64,000 nucleotides of DNA from Selaginella moellendorffii (Eukaryota; Plantae; Lycopodiophyta): the NCBI RefSeq assembly GCF_000143415.4, contig NW_003314332.1, positions 248,001 to 312,000 of the forward strand. The letters run 5' to 3'. Under the pieces are notes generated by a model. The model made no database searches and was not told where the DNA came from. It saw only the letters and a program-made list of their open reading frames with translations. How positions within the stretch are numbered: position 1 is the stretch's first letter; each line of letters starts with the position of its first letter. Shown piece after piece: positions 1-12,800 of this stretch. Position numbers and translations under genes: made by a program.

Positions 1-394
1 CTTGTTGACCATGTCTCTGGGGGCATCCCCCCACTTAGTAGTGTGCCTAAGTTAGCCTCCCCGGCCAAGAGCCCATGACAATGGAATATAGGTGTCCCTA
101 TACTCCTCACCTCACCACGCCCTAGTATGGGGTCAGGACTTGAACCCAGCCTTGCTTTACTAGGGGGTTGGGACTCGAACCCAACCTCCGTAGAATACGT
201 CTATGGATTTGACATCCCTGTGGGGAGTCGAGTTTAGTTCCCTATGCCTGGTTGACCTAGCTAACCCATGCTAATTAGCTTACCTTTGGCGCGCCTTTGG
301 GTCCCAACATATACCATTGCTCAACTTCACAAATTGATATTTTAATTGAACTTTGCATAAGTACATAGAGTTCTGCCTTGCAGAAATTCCTCCA

Positions 395-2626
395 CTAGAT
401 CTCGCGCTTCTCCTCCGGTTCCCATGTTGCTTCGCAGTGTGGAAATCCTTTCCACTTCATATGGAACTCTCTCACCTCGCGTCCTTGTCGCTTGCTCTTG
501 CGCGCATTGAGGATGGCCTCGACTTTATATTCCTCTTCCCCTTGGATAACCTCAGGTAAAGGTCTTATTTGGTCCTTGAGAAGCGGATCCTCAAAGTACG
601 GCTTGAGTAAGTTCATGTGAAACATTGGGTGCACTTCCCCATCTTTCGAGAAAGTCGGAGACAGTAAGCCACTTTACCGATTCGTGCCTCAATCTCGTAA
701 GGCCCCGTGAACTTGCTTAAAGAATTCAAGATCAATTCATTTACAGGAATACATGCATTTTTACCTTTGGGTCAACTTTTGGCTGATCCCACTTGGTAGC
801 CTGAGGTTCTTGGTGTTCAGCCACACCTTCTCCCCAGGTTGGAACTCTACATCTCGGCGCTTTTGGTTCATGTACTTGGTTTGCCTTTGTTGAGCCCGTT
901 CCAAGGAATCCCTCACGAGATTCCAAATGTTGAGTCTTTCCGCTGTGAATGCCTCCACTGCGGGTGACTCTCCATGATACTCGGCCATGCCAAGTTCCAC
1001 AGGACTTTCAATAGCTCGCCCATTGATGACTTTCCATGGACTCACTCCAATACTCGAATGTGGTGAGCTGTTATAACACATTTCGCAAGTCCCAAATGAC
1101 TTATCCAATCGGTCTAGTCTCTCGAGACATAGCCTCGCAAATAATCCTCTAGCTGCCTATTCACCCTTTCCGTTTGCCCGTCTGTCAAAAAGTGTTAGTG
1201 CCATCAAACTTGACTTACTACCCAATACCTGTCTATGGGTGATAGGCTGTCCTGAATTTCAACTTGGTGCGATACTGTTCCAGGAGAGTTCTCCAAAACC
1301 TACTGATGAAGATCTTATCTCAATCTGAGATAATCTCTTCTAGCCTTCCCTACACTCAAACCACTTGTTCAAAGAACAGCTTCGCCACACCTTCCGCATC
1401 CACTTCCATTGTGGTGGGTATGAAATGTGCCATCTTCGAAAATCGGTCCACCACCACAAATATCGCATCGAACCCCTCGCTTGGGAGGAGTCCCATAATG
1501 AAGTCCATCGTAAGATATTTCCACGGACGATTTGGAATTAGGATGCTATGTAACAAGCCCTCACTCGCTTTAGTCACAGCTTTGACATATTGACATGTTG
1601 GACATGTCTTTACATAGTCTTGGACGTCTTTAGCTATATCTGGTCAGTGATACTTCCTTTTGAGTAAGCCCATTGTTTTGGGCACTCCACCATGTCCTGC
1701 AAAAGGTTCGTCATGACACTCTTCTAAGGCTACCTTCCTTAGTTCCCCTTCTGGAATATACACCCGTGTTTGCTTATAATAGATGAGTCCGTTGCATTCT
1801 GCATAGCCCGTTTTCTCTTTCGTTGGTAGCTCACCTCTCTGATGAGCTTCCCGTGCCTCTAGATTCCTCAGCAACACTTCTTGTGCTAGACCATCGTTCT
1901 CATATACTGTCCGCACATCATCCCAAAAGGTTGCTATCGCGCTAGATATTGCTAACTTCAAGCTCGACTTAGTGCATCTGCCACGATGTTGCTCTTCCCA
2001 GGCTTGTACAGAATCTCGCAATCAAACTCGGCCAAAGCATTGGCCCACCGACTCTGTTTCCCTCTCAGGTCGGGTTGTGATAAGAAGTGTTTCATTGCCA
2101 CATTGTCCGTGTAAACCTTGAAGTGTCTCCCAAGGTAGTGTCGCCATTCCTTGAGTGCCTTGACCACCGCAAACAATTCTTTCTCATGGGTAGGCCATTT
2201 CCATTGAGCCTTGTCCAACTTCTTCGAGAAGAATGCTATTGGATGGTTGTCTTGCTTCAAAACTGCGCCCAACGCAAAGTCTAAAGCATCCGTTTCTACC
2301 TCAAAGTCCTTACCAAAGTTTGGTAATGCCAACACGGAAGCCTTCCTCAACTTCCCTTTGAGGTAAACAAATGCCGCCTCGCATTCCGCTATCCATACCA
2401 TCTTCCCTTTTCCCGTTTAGTCCATTAAGGGCAGAGTTACTCTCGAATAGTGTTTGATAAACTTTCGGTAGTAGTTGCATAGCCCCAAGAATGCCCTTAA
2501 CTCGTGTACATTCGATGGTCACTCCCAATCCTTGATCGCTTGGACCTTCTCAGGGTCCACTTTGAGCCCATCCTTGCTCACCACATGCCCGAGAAACTTT
2601 ACCTCTTGTTGAGCAAAGTCACTTTT
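395..2626 (-). mobile_element. Ty3/gypsy chromovirus pol 3' part (end of RT, RNase H, integrase, chromodomain), pseudogenised
   Basis: RNase H motifs FEVETDALDFALGAVL and HEKELFAVV..VYTDN; integrase zinc finger HDEPFAGHGG and core WKYLTMDFIMGL..VVVDRFSKMAHF; chromodomain YKVEAIL..MKWKGFPHCEATWEP; several stops and frameshifts. Confidence 0.95.
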
Positions 2627-3286
2627 AAACTCTATTTCGTTAAAGTGGGATTTATTCAGTAAAATAGGACTAGGTACAAATTTTCACGTATTTGAAAATA
2701 ACGTGAAATTATATGTTTTTTGTCTAGGGGCTAGACATGTCTGGGGCATGGTGACTAGCGCGGTGACTTTGTGTCTAGACTGAGTCCATCTGGTTGTATA
2801 ATAAATCTCATTGTCAAGGTGAACAAGCCGAATATGAAGCTAAAGAAGAGCGATGGCATGCGCGCACACACTATTTGTTTGTTCATTGAGCGTGTGGTGA
2901 GCTTTCCAAGATGAACGTCATTCCTATTAGCCAGACATATAACTTAATGGTGAGAACATTTAGATATTATTCAATGTTATCTTTTTCTAACGAATCTAAT
3001 TGTGAAGGTGTAGCAAGAGGCATTGCTAGTCTGGAGAAGTCATTTAACTCATTTGACCCTTAGTGTATTTTCATGAAACTAAATAACATTCATATTATTA
3101 AGGAATTTCTCTAGTACTTTTTTTTTACGACATAGAGGCTTGCATTTCTTTCAAAGGTGATTTAGTAAAAGGCCTGAGGGCACATGCCATTCTATTTCTC
3201 AGACCGGTATTAAGATATACTAGTGCAAAGGGAAAAAGGTATTTGGTGATCAAGTAAATGGCATGAGGGCACACGCCATTATAAGC

Positions 3287-3544
3287 CTAAGCGCTAGTGG
3301 ACACCTCCTTTTTGGTACTCTCAGCGGTACTATCATCCTTCTCCGGATCAGTTGTTTTGCTTTGGATTGTTGTCTTTGACGTTACTGGGGCATTCTCAAT
3401 AGTTGTTAATGTTGCCGTTTGTTCAGAAAAATGATCACCTGGAGTATAGTACGGGGAGTTTGGAAGACTTATATATTCTACATCTTCTCCTATCTCCTTC
3501 TCCGTCTCCTTTTCTGCCTCACTTACAGATTTTGTGCTTGCCAT
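3287..3544 (-). CDS. Small orphan ORF of element A (SLPxSPYYTPG family)
   Basis: MASTKSVSE..YISLPNSPYYTPG..NAPVTSKTTIQSK..ESTKK; homologous to the ORF at 28833-29147 in element B. Confidence 0.45.
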   Translation of the reverse strand: MASTKSVSEAEKETEKEIGEDVEYISLPNSPYYTPGDHFSEQTATLTTIENAPVTSKTTIQSKTTDPEKDDSTAESTKKEVSTSA

Positions 3545-4029
3545 GAGAACGCTCTTCACCCTAAAATATGGAGTTCGTTGTGTTATAAAAGGAAACCAAC
3601 ACACATGCTGCAAGGGAATGATGGTACATAAAGCACGTAAGCCCACAATATGGGTTTATGTGCCATTAATATGGGCCACACGCCATATTATTAGATTTAT
3701 GCACGTGTGATTGGTAAATGCATATGTCACATCATCTTTGTTTTACCTCACACACTATATCAGGCATAATGAACCATATCACATGTGCGCACATGCTATA
3801 TATATGGAGAAGTATTATGCAAGGATAGAAAAATTCAATGCATGATTGTGGAGAGCAATGGCATGAAGCCACATGCTAAATAACATTTTAGAGAAAGAAT
3901 TAAAATAGAAACATGCAAACAGTATTGAGTGGACCAAGACTTAGAAGTGCACAATTGAATGAGGTATTTCTAATAAATATTTCACTCACCTCATATAGGA
4001 ATGGCTACCACTCTATAATGGTGTATCAC

Positions 4030-7000
4030 TTAATGAATCTCACCTTGAACCCGGGTTATGAATGCTCTTGCTGCATCTCTTGCATGGTCTGGCAAGGTGA
4101 TGGTGGCACTCTGCTTCCGCATCCAACCATGCACAACATTATCCACCGACATGCTAATGCTGGGATCCCTTGGATTCAGCACCCATCTCTTTTCTAGACA
4201 ATCCTTCGTATATCCGGAACTTGGCTTGAACCACTCCACAGTTACATTGAAGGAGTTAGTTTCTGTGTCCTCCTCTGCATCAGTGATGCAGCGCCCCACC
4301 CATATCATTTGTTTTTTATTACTGGGTCTGACAAGCACAACCATTCCTTTGCAGACCTATACTGGATTGAATGCTGAATCCGACTTCTTATTCCTCGGCC
4401 CACAATAGTGATCCTCAACATCGTTATCTGTCACTGCATTTCCAGAGGACATTATTCCGCTACTATCTGGTGCTCTGGGTTCTGGCCAAAAGGACTCTTC
4501 CAATTCTTCATATACAACCGGCCCATTTTGGATAGCAGATATAATCTTCTCCCAGTATTCGAGCAAAGGCTTGCACCTCTTAAAATAGGATTCTCCACCA
4601 AACACCAACCCCCTCTTCCAGAAGGCAATATGCTATCTAATCCCGGCCACTATACTTTCCTGGTCTTTGAGTCCATCCGGGTGCATCGGCCATGGGGAAC
4701 CCTGAGGAATCATAGGTTCCCCAGTTATGGGATCTCTCTTGAAGAGTTCAATGCCGTCCACTGGCAGCCACACTATGTCCCATTCTCTCATCTTGTACCT
4801 CATCACTGGAGCACCGTCACGCATGCTGAAATGAAACTGAAGAGGCTTGGAGTGGCCAATCAGCGTTTCGGATCCATCCCTGATGTAGCCTCTTACAAAC
4901 CCCTTAAAGTCTGGAACCTCTGTCACAAGTGCAGCTTCAACAGTGCCTTTGATGCAATTTTGGAATTCATCGTAGAGATGTGGGAGGGTGAGGATATTGG
5001 ATCGCCAAAGGGACTCTGCCAGGTGACTGAACATGGCATCGACGTCTTCATGAGTGTGCCCAACCATGAGAAAGCCAAGTGTAACCGTTTCTAATATGCC
5101 TTTGGTAACAAGCATCGCCAAGTACGCGAAGACGTACATGTTTTTGTTCTCACTACCAGCATTGTCTGTTTGGAGCAGAAGATGGGGTGGAAGGCCACAT
5201 CGGCCGCAAGAACTTCCTTGAGATTCTGCTTCGTTTGGATGAGGCTGTGCATTCACCGGGCGACCACCCTCGTCGGAATGGCATGAGGCCTCACGTGATA
5301 ACCCTACAATCTGACAGCCAACATATTCACTGGGATGGCATGGGGCCCCACGCGATACTGCAAGCCTTTGCTCCTCCTCCAGCTGAACCCTGTATGGGGT
5401 TCGATCGACAAGGGCCTTATGCAAGGGTTGGCCGTTCAGCTCAGTCTGCGCACTTTGCAGAGACCTTAAGTGTTTTGCTAGGGACGCAATCATTATGTTT
5501 GCACCCCCGCCACCCCATAGAGGTACAAAGAAGTTCCCATAGTTCTGGGCACCATGCCCATGAGCGATTATGCCAAACAGAGACATAGGCAGCTGCATGG
5601 ATGAAGAGATTGCCTTGGGGGTAGGATTGAGTCGAGGTAAGCACGTCTTTTTCTGGTCCATTTTGTCGTGGATGATGCAGAGGTAAGAGTCAGGTCTCTC
5701 CATGGAGAGAATCCTGTTATGATAATATGCAGTCCTACAGCTTCTCTGCTCGATGTTGTGGTCGAGCCGCCTTCTAACCAACGTCTCTCGCTCTTGAGCG
5801 CTGCAAGAATTCTTCGACAAAGCCATTTTGATAGCAGTGCACTCGTCACACTTTGAAAAGCTGGAGTACTTTCCTATACTCACATCCCTGAACCTGTTGC
5901 TCCACAATCTACTAAATCTAGATTGGCTCAGCTTCCTGTAGCCATTACTCTGGAGTTCCCGATTCACATCTTCCAATATGGCCCCCTTGGTATACATGGA
6001 AGGGAGAACTCGTTGGGTGTCTCGTGTTCCATCTTCCAAGAGGCGGGTTTTATGTGGTTGCTGCTCGCTACATGTCTCGACAAACCTCTTGAAGATTGCC
6101 TCTCCATATACAACATGACCCCTGGTTTTGTGCGTACCGTCGTTCCCATGGACTGCCTGTTGAACCCTTTGTTCCTCGAACTCAGTTTTGATTCTGTAGA
6201 ATGTGGTTCGAGGGACTCCATAAATGATTCTCCATGCCTTCATGCAGACCAAACCCCTCTGGAAGACCATGCCCCCCACCTGATGTTCTGAAGCATCAAC
6301 AGATGACCGTAATGCCTCATACACAAAATTGCGAGCTGCCTTCCAGGACAATGTCTTGTATCTTGCTCTCTCCTCTTCAATAGCATCCCAATCAGCATGT
6401 TGACAGCACCTCCTCTTGCAACAAGCAACTGTCGAGACCATTTGAACCTCCATCGCCATTTTCTGCCTTTTCGGTTCGTTGCTCAAATCCCTTTGGCTGC
6501 GCTTTAGGAAGGTGTATTTTCTTTTCCCATGAAGAGATGTTCTATCATCAGTTATAGTGGTGTTTGATTGTGAATCCTTCACATTCTCAAACCCTAAGTG
6601 CCTCAATTTCCACCGCACAATGCTTCCAATAGTCAGACTGTTTTCTTCTGTGTCAACAACCTCTAAAATCGCAACTCCAATATCATCCCAGCCCAATTCT
6701 TGATTAGCAACCGCATCTCTTGGATCGACAACTGTGGCTAAGCCCTCAGCTACCACCTCCCCCTCGGGGTTGTTTAGAAACACCTTTGCCTGAATCCATG
6801 TAGCACGGTTCTTAAGATCCACGGAGGGAACATGCGTCGCACTTGCGCTGTCCCCAACATCTGCTTTCTTCTGAAGATTTTTCAAAGCAACAACAACATT
6901 TACCCCGACAACCATCTCTCCTTGTTCAATAGCGACCACATTCCTATCGAAGACAGTCTCTACTGACACAGCAGCATTGCCTTCCCCAAGCCTTTGACAG

Positions 7001-7098
7001 TGTATAACAAAGTTCCGATCCATAGACACAAGGGTCCCTTTTGCAACTCTCTTCCCACCATTCAAAATGTAAACCTTTTCCCCAACCCTGAAGGCCAT
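4030..7098 (-). pseudogene. Sola-like DDD transposase of about 1022 aa with two premature TAG stops; N-terminal tandem TNP1/En/Spm-like domains
   Basis: ORFs 4633-7098, 4357-4608 and 4030-4344 share one frame; catalytic-type motifs IIHDKMDQ, LLLQTDNAGSENKN and FLMVGHTHEDVDAMFS; Cys clusters CCKRRCC and KCDEC; N-terminal VAKGTL..H..LG..V.V repeated as VAEGL..LGWDDIGV. Confidence 0.8.
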
Positions 7099-7439
7099 TC
7101 TGAAAGTGCAGAAAAGAAGTTAAGACCATACAAAAAATGATTGGAGAATGGCCTAAATCATAACATACCAAACAACCTCAATAGCATGAGGCCACATGCC
7201 ATTATTCAAACATGCTATTGACACCCACGTGAAATTTCGCATTCACAAAATTGGCATGAGGCCTCATGCCATCTTGATATACACACAGCTATAGGCAAGT
7301 AAAAACATACATGACAATACACTAGCTATGAAGGGCCCAAGATGGCATGTGGCCTCATGCCATTTCTAAATGTGGTCCTAAGCCATTCCATGGTGAACAT
7401 ACTAGGAAGCACAAGTGCCGAATATAAAGAGGAAGTGGT

Positions 7440-7585
7440 AGCCACACCAAAGACAGTGCCACTCGCAACACCGCAACTACTCGTAGCGTCGCTCGCAACA
7501 CCGCAACTACTCGTAGTGCCGCTCGCACAAACTGCCACTCGCATAAACTGCCGCTCGCAATGGTGCTCGCAATGCCGCAACCGCT
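7440..7585. repeat. CpG-rich short tandem repeats (GCTCGCAACACCGCAACTACTCGTAG-like) upstream of the transposase
   Basis: Direct repeats visible in the sequence. Confidence 0.7.
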
Positions 7586-8386
7586 TGTAGACGCATAAAC
7601 CACAGCTCACAACGCCGCTTACACAAGCAGCGCTCACTGCGCTCAGCGGAACCAAGAACACGGCGCACAAAAATGATAGACCTAGGAATGAGTTCGAGAA
7701 TTCAAAAATAACACACGCTTGAACGTCACATCAAATCCTCTGACAAACCAAATCTTATGATTCCTCTGACAAATTTCAAACTGAGTAGCTTCTAGACTTT
7801 GCTGTCGGAGGTTGAACTTTGTCGCATCATGTCCTTGCCTCGATCCAGCTGTGCCATGTCAGTGATTCGAACTTTGCCATGCTGTGTCAGCGATCCGCGC
7901 CAAGATTATTCGCCGTGTAAAGGAATAATTATGCTGTGTGTGTACGTCCATTTATGGCAATATAAGGCCACACGCCATTCAAAGAATAATGCTAGTCGAG
8001 CATTTTTTGGTGCATTTTTGGGTTCAAAATTGCATGAGCCCACACGCTATAAAGTTTACCTGTACCAAAAATAGAAACAGCTTTATTTACTTGGGAATTT
8101 AAGTGGTTGAGGCATTTTTAAACTTACAAACACATGCCCTACTTACATTCCTTTGGTTGCTTAAAATTCAAAAATATTATAAACCTTTTTTTTTGCATTT
8201 TCAATGTTTTCAATTATGGTTTTTGATTTTCGCAGAACCAGCCTAGTAATCTATTTGCATCCCGTCATGTTTATAACTAGCTTTCGTTTGCCCCCTTCGC
8301 TAGCCTGAGATACATCTGCTCGGCATCTGCCTCTTACAGTAGTTGCCCAGAAAGGGCATCTTTCTTCACGCAGCATTTGCCACATG

Positions 8387-8412
8387 TTTAGGGTTTAGGG
8401 TTTAGGGTTTAG
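8387..8412 (+). repeat. Plant telomere-type repeat (TTTAGGG)3+TTTAG, telo-box-like, inside element A
   Basis: tttagggtttagggtttagggtttag; present in reverse in copy 2 at about 63742-63768. Confidence 0.85.
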
Positions 8413-9278
8413 CAATTCAATAGCTTGATAAACATGCAAATACAGAACTTGATGCAAAATCCTTTGATATGTCACAATGCCCCTAGGACCATAAACACAT
8501 TTCAATAGAGAGGGTCCTTTCATTTCATAACTCCTTACGTAGATCTTGGTGAAACCAGAGTTAGTGAAGTTAGTTTCTTGTGATCTTGCATCTGATTGTG
8601 ATGTCCCTTTGCAGTGTCGATAGAAAGGTCAATGCACACCAAACTGTAAAATCTTGGAGCAAAATAACGGTCAGATCTATGGCAAATGCCCCTGAAACAT
8701 TGTAAGGCTCGTGTGGTCTCATGTGGTGTCCGATCGAGATGCTTCTTTGTAGGGTCATCAAGAAAGACATTGTATACCATTCTGTAAAATCTAGTTGCGA
8801 TCTAACGGTTGGATCTCCAGAAAACTCAAAAAAAATCACGTGTCAGAATATTCTAGGAATATACTCCTATGTGCCCCTGAAAATGGCATGCGGCCCCACG
8901 CCATTCAAGAGATAACACCAGATGACGCCGAGCATTTTTTGGTGCATTTTTTGGGATTTGTATACCATTCTTTATTTAGCTGAACATCTGGCATTTTTGG
9001 AAATACAAGATGCTTTGGAATATCCAATCATGCATGGTATAAATATAGCGAGGGTATTAAATGATATCCCAATCATGATCTTTCTTTTGGATTTCGCGTG
9101 CATGCAGTCCGAGGAATGATGACATTGCGGATTTCTTTTGGATTTCACGTGCATGCATGCGCGCGGCGATCCAGAAATTAATGGTGGCGCCCAAGTCCGA
9201 GGAATGATGACGTGGCAGGATTACCAACCGTCATGACATTTCGCGCGTGTGAGGTTAGGTTTTGCATTTTGCTTTGTA

Positions 9279-9490
9279 CTCGCGCTCGCACACTCGCGCT
9301 CGCATCGTGCTCCCACACTCGCGCTCGCATCGCGCTCCCACACTCGCGCTTGCATCGTGCTCCCACTCGCGATCACGCTCACATTCGCGCTCATCTACCT
9401 TCTCTACAGGTTTCTCGTGTGCATCGGCCTCCACTCGCGCTTGCATCACACTCGCGCTCGCATCGCGCTCGTGTGCATCGGCGTCCACTT
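9279..9490. repeat. CpG-rich ~25-bp tandem repeat (CACACTCGCGCTCGCATCGTGCTCC) upstream of the cargo gene
   Basis: Multiple imperfect copies; partly deleted in copy 2. Confidence 0.8.
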
Positions 9491-9889
9491 CAAGACACAC
9501 CCAGTTTGTAACTTCGCCGCCAACTCCGCCGCCCACTCTGCCACCCACACGCAGCCCACTTGGCGTCCCAGGAGATTTCAGCGCCACTCTCCAACTGTAT
9601 GTGGCAAAGTAGCCTTGCTGCTAAGATCCGCTGCACACACAGTGCACATTCGCCAGCGAGTCCGGCCTCGATTGTCACGCCTCCATTCGGCTTCAAATGG
9701 TAAGTCTTTTAGGCCAAGTAGAAAATGGCATGAGGCCACATTCCATTCAGTAGCAACATTGGCATGCACCGATTGGGCTCTCGAGTGCAGTCCGGTTACA
9801 GATGGCGTGTAGCCTCACGCCATCTTAGGATGCAGTCTCAAGACATCTGATGCAGTGGTGAATGGCGTGTGGCCTTACGTTATTTCCAG

Positions 9890-12800
9890 CTGCTAGCTTT
9901 TCATCTGTCAGCTCTAATTGTTGTGGATTTCTGAACAGGCGAGGAATTGCGTTCTTCTTCCAGCCACTGTCAATGTGGATGCAGAGAAGGGGGAGGAGCT
10001 CACCAGTTGGACTTTCGGGATGGAAGGCGAGGATCTGAGGCTGTACAACACAGATGGTGGGAGAAAAGAATGCATGGGGATCCTCATCCAAGTGACAGAC
10101 ACTCCATGCAGTTCCATGCAAGAATATGGACTGGCACTTGTGGTAGAGACAACGTCTGCCTTCAAGATCCACCTTGTACATCCTAGCGGCTTCCCGGAGG
10201 GGGGCAGCGGCTATGAGGAATTCCTAGAGGGAGCTAGGGAGAGGTTGTCTAGGAGGCCCACAATTTCAAAGACGTTGCGGGTCTATGAAGATCACATGGA
10301 ATCCACGGACCTCACCTACGGCGATGTTCAAAAACTATATTTCAACATTGAGCCGTTGAGAGTGCCTCCAGTTCGTGAAGCGAAGGGGAAGGGGGTCGAT
10401 CTGGAAACTACCCCGAAGCAGAAAAGGGTGGTCAAGCTCAAGCCGACGTCCGACTCTCCTGCTCCAAAAAAGAAGCTACTCGGTGATGCTATTGGCTCGG
10501 GTTCGAACACTACACCCACCAAAAAGAAGAGCCGCAAAGAGCAGAACGAGCAAGAAGAGGCAGCAAAAATTGTCGCAGATAATAGTACTTGTTACTATTC
10601 CAACAAAGTATATACAATCGACGTGAGCCGTATCGACATCCAAAGCAAATACAACCACAGGCTAGTATCTGATGAGTGGGTGGAGAAACTGAAGCAGAAG
10701 ATGCTGGCAAGTCCAGTAACACCCGACATCGCAGACGTGATCCCCTACTACCGAACAATGAAGGGCGAGACGAGGTTTCTAGACTTGATCAATAGGAAGG
10801 TGTTGGACGATCAGAACATCCGGTTCTATGCCGTCTCCGGGCAGCATTCTAGCTTGGCGATGCAAGAGATAGTTGTGGATATTATGGTGGGCGAGGAGGT
10901 GAAGAAAGTCTTCAAGACAAGAGTTGTCCGCCTGATAAAAGGCAACTCGCCCCTCCGATCTATCATATACATCTCCCACGCGCAGAATGTCAAGCAAGAA
11001 ACATGCTACAAATCGGGTCTGCACGAGACATTGGTACGAACACGGAAGCTCTGGGTTCAACTGAAGAAGCCACAAAAACTAGGACAAGGACATGCACTAG
11101 CAACTAGCGCCTGGCAGGTAAGCCTCGTTGCATGTGGCATAGCATGTGGCCTCACGCCATTTCCATTGCAGGAATTCTCGAGTTTTCTCTCGAAAACACT
11201 GGGGGTCAATGACACACTCAGCATCCATAACATTCTACTCGCGACAAAAGTTGTTTTTGACAAATGAGTAGATGTGTTGAGGAGGTACCATGACGGGGAG
11301 TTACTAAACTCAATAGGTGTGGAGGACGGCCGGAAGCCCAATGATTTGAAGCTCAACGCCTTGCGTTTCTTGCGGTCTCTAGACGACGACGACCTTCTGA
11401 CAGTGGCTAATGCTCTTCTACGTGGTGAAGTAGTCTTCAACAAGACCAAAATGACTCCCGGCCATATTGTGACATACGAGGACTTGTGCACGACTCTGAG
11501 AGCTTGTGCGCTATTGAAGGATTGGATCTTCGAGCAAGTGGCCGTGGAGAGGGTGAGCATCGACACCACGCAAGAGATGATGGAAGCGCTGGATTTTTCA
11601 AATGAAGACATCGACGAGTACGTGAAGGGGGCCCCCAAGTTCATCGATCTGCTGCGGGATGCCACGAAAAGTAAAGCTGAGAAGTTGGATCAGTATCCAA
11701 ATTTCATTAAGAGGGATGTCGACCGCCGGCTTTAGAAACAGCTCGACCCCACAGTAGAGGCCTATCGAGAACTTTACCGGGTATACGTGAATTTGGATGA
11801 GGATCAAAGGTGGAGGAGCATCGTTTCCCGCGGAGATGAGCAGGTCAAGAACATCTTTTGTGTGATGGACTTCACAAACGAGGAGATCACTCATGCAGAC
11901 GAAGTCATCTCCATCATTGACTTAATGGTGGGACTTGCGGAGGTGGAATCTTCAGTCCACTATATGATCTACGACTCCGAATCCTATCACAAGTTCTGGA
12001 AGGCCTTGAATGAGGTGAAGGCTTGGTTGAAAGGCAAGGAGATGCGGGAGATCCATGGGATAATGGCTAAGAAGAAGATACCGACGAATGTCCGCATCTT
12101 CACACTCGCCCTTGTTATTAGTCCTGCAGCAGAGTGGGACTGGAGTGACTTCCCAGCTTCGTTCGACAAGGCCGATCGAATTGATCTGAGGGAGGTCAAT
12201 TTACCCGTGCCTGAGGAACTGAAGACGGCTATGGAGCTTTCGAATCCAAAGAAAGCTCCAGGTGCAGCATGGGAAATGCTCAGCTGGGTCTTCAACGCAA
12301 TAGCGGGTGGGTCACCTGCTTCTGACTCCAAGGGCAAATGCGTTGTCGAGTACAACTGCGGCAGACTATTCTTTCGAGCCGCACTACTCAAGGGTGTCCC
12401 GTGTGTTGCGGTGACAAACTCCATTGAAGAGGTGACTTCAATGGAGCATATAATTACAGTTGCCAAAGAAAAACAGTATCTTCTCTGCGAACCTGGTGAG
12501 TACGCACTTTAAGTTTAAATGTTATCTCACAAGCTCTGTATGCAGGAGCGTGGCCACCCCCAGATGCTGAAACGGCGTTAACAGCTACTGTTGAAGATAC
12601 CCATGTTGGGCCGAGCTCACAACCTGCACAAGGTAAGGTCACGTGAGGACTCGCGCCATTTTGATTATAGATCGTTGTGAATATTCAGACACGAGGACTG
12701 AAAAGCGCACTAGTGGCGCGTCGAAGAAGGACAAACAGACAAGCAATAGGAAAAAAGGAGGTACAAATTATATTTGCAATGGCGTGTGGTCTCATGCCAT

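Noticed and set aside
1-350. 3' LTR of the gypsy element
   Set aside because: Does not match the end of the 30796-31774 LTR; probably 3' untranslated region with the LTR outside the window
8387-8412. True telomere or chromosome fusion site
   Set aside because: Only about 3.7 units and present at the same place in both transposon copies
11057-12466. Antisense ORFs of 150-200 aa opposite the cargo gene
   Set aside because: Shadow frames of the real coding strand with no motifs
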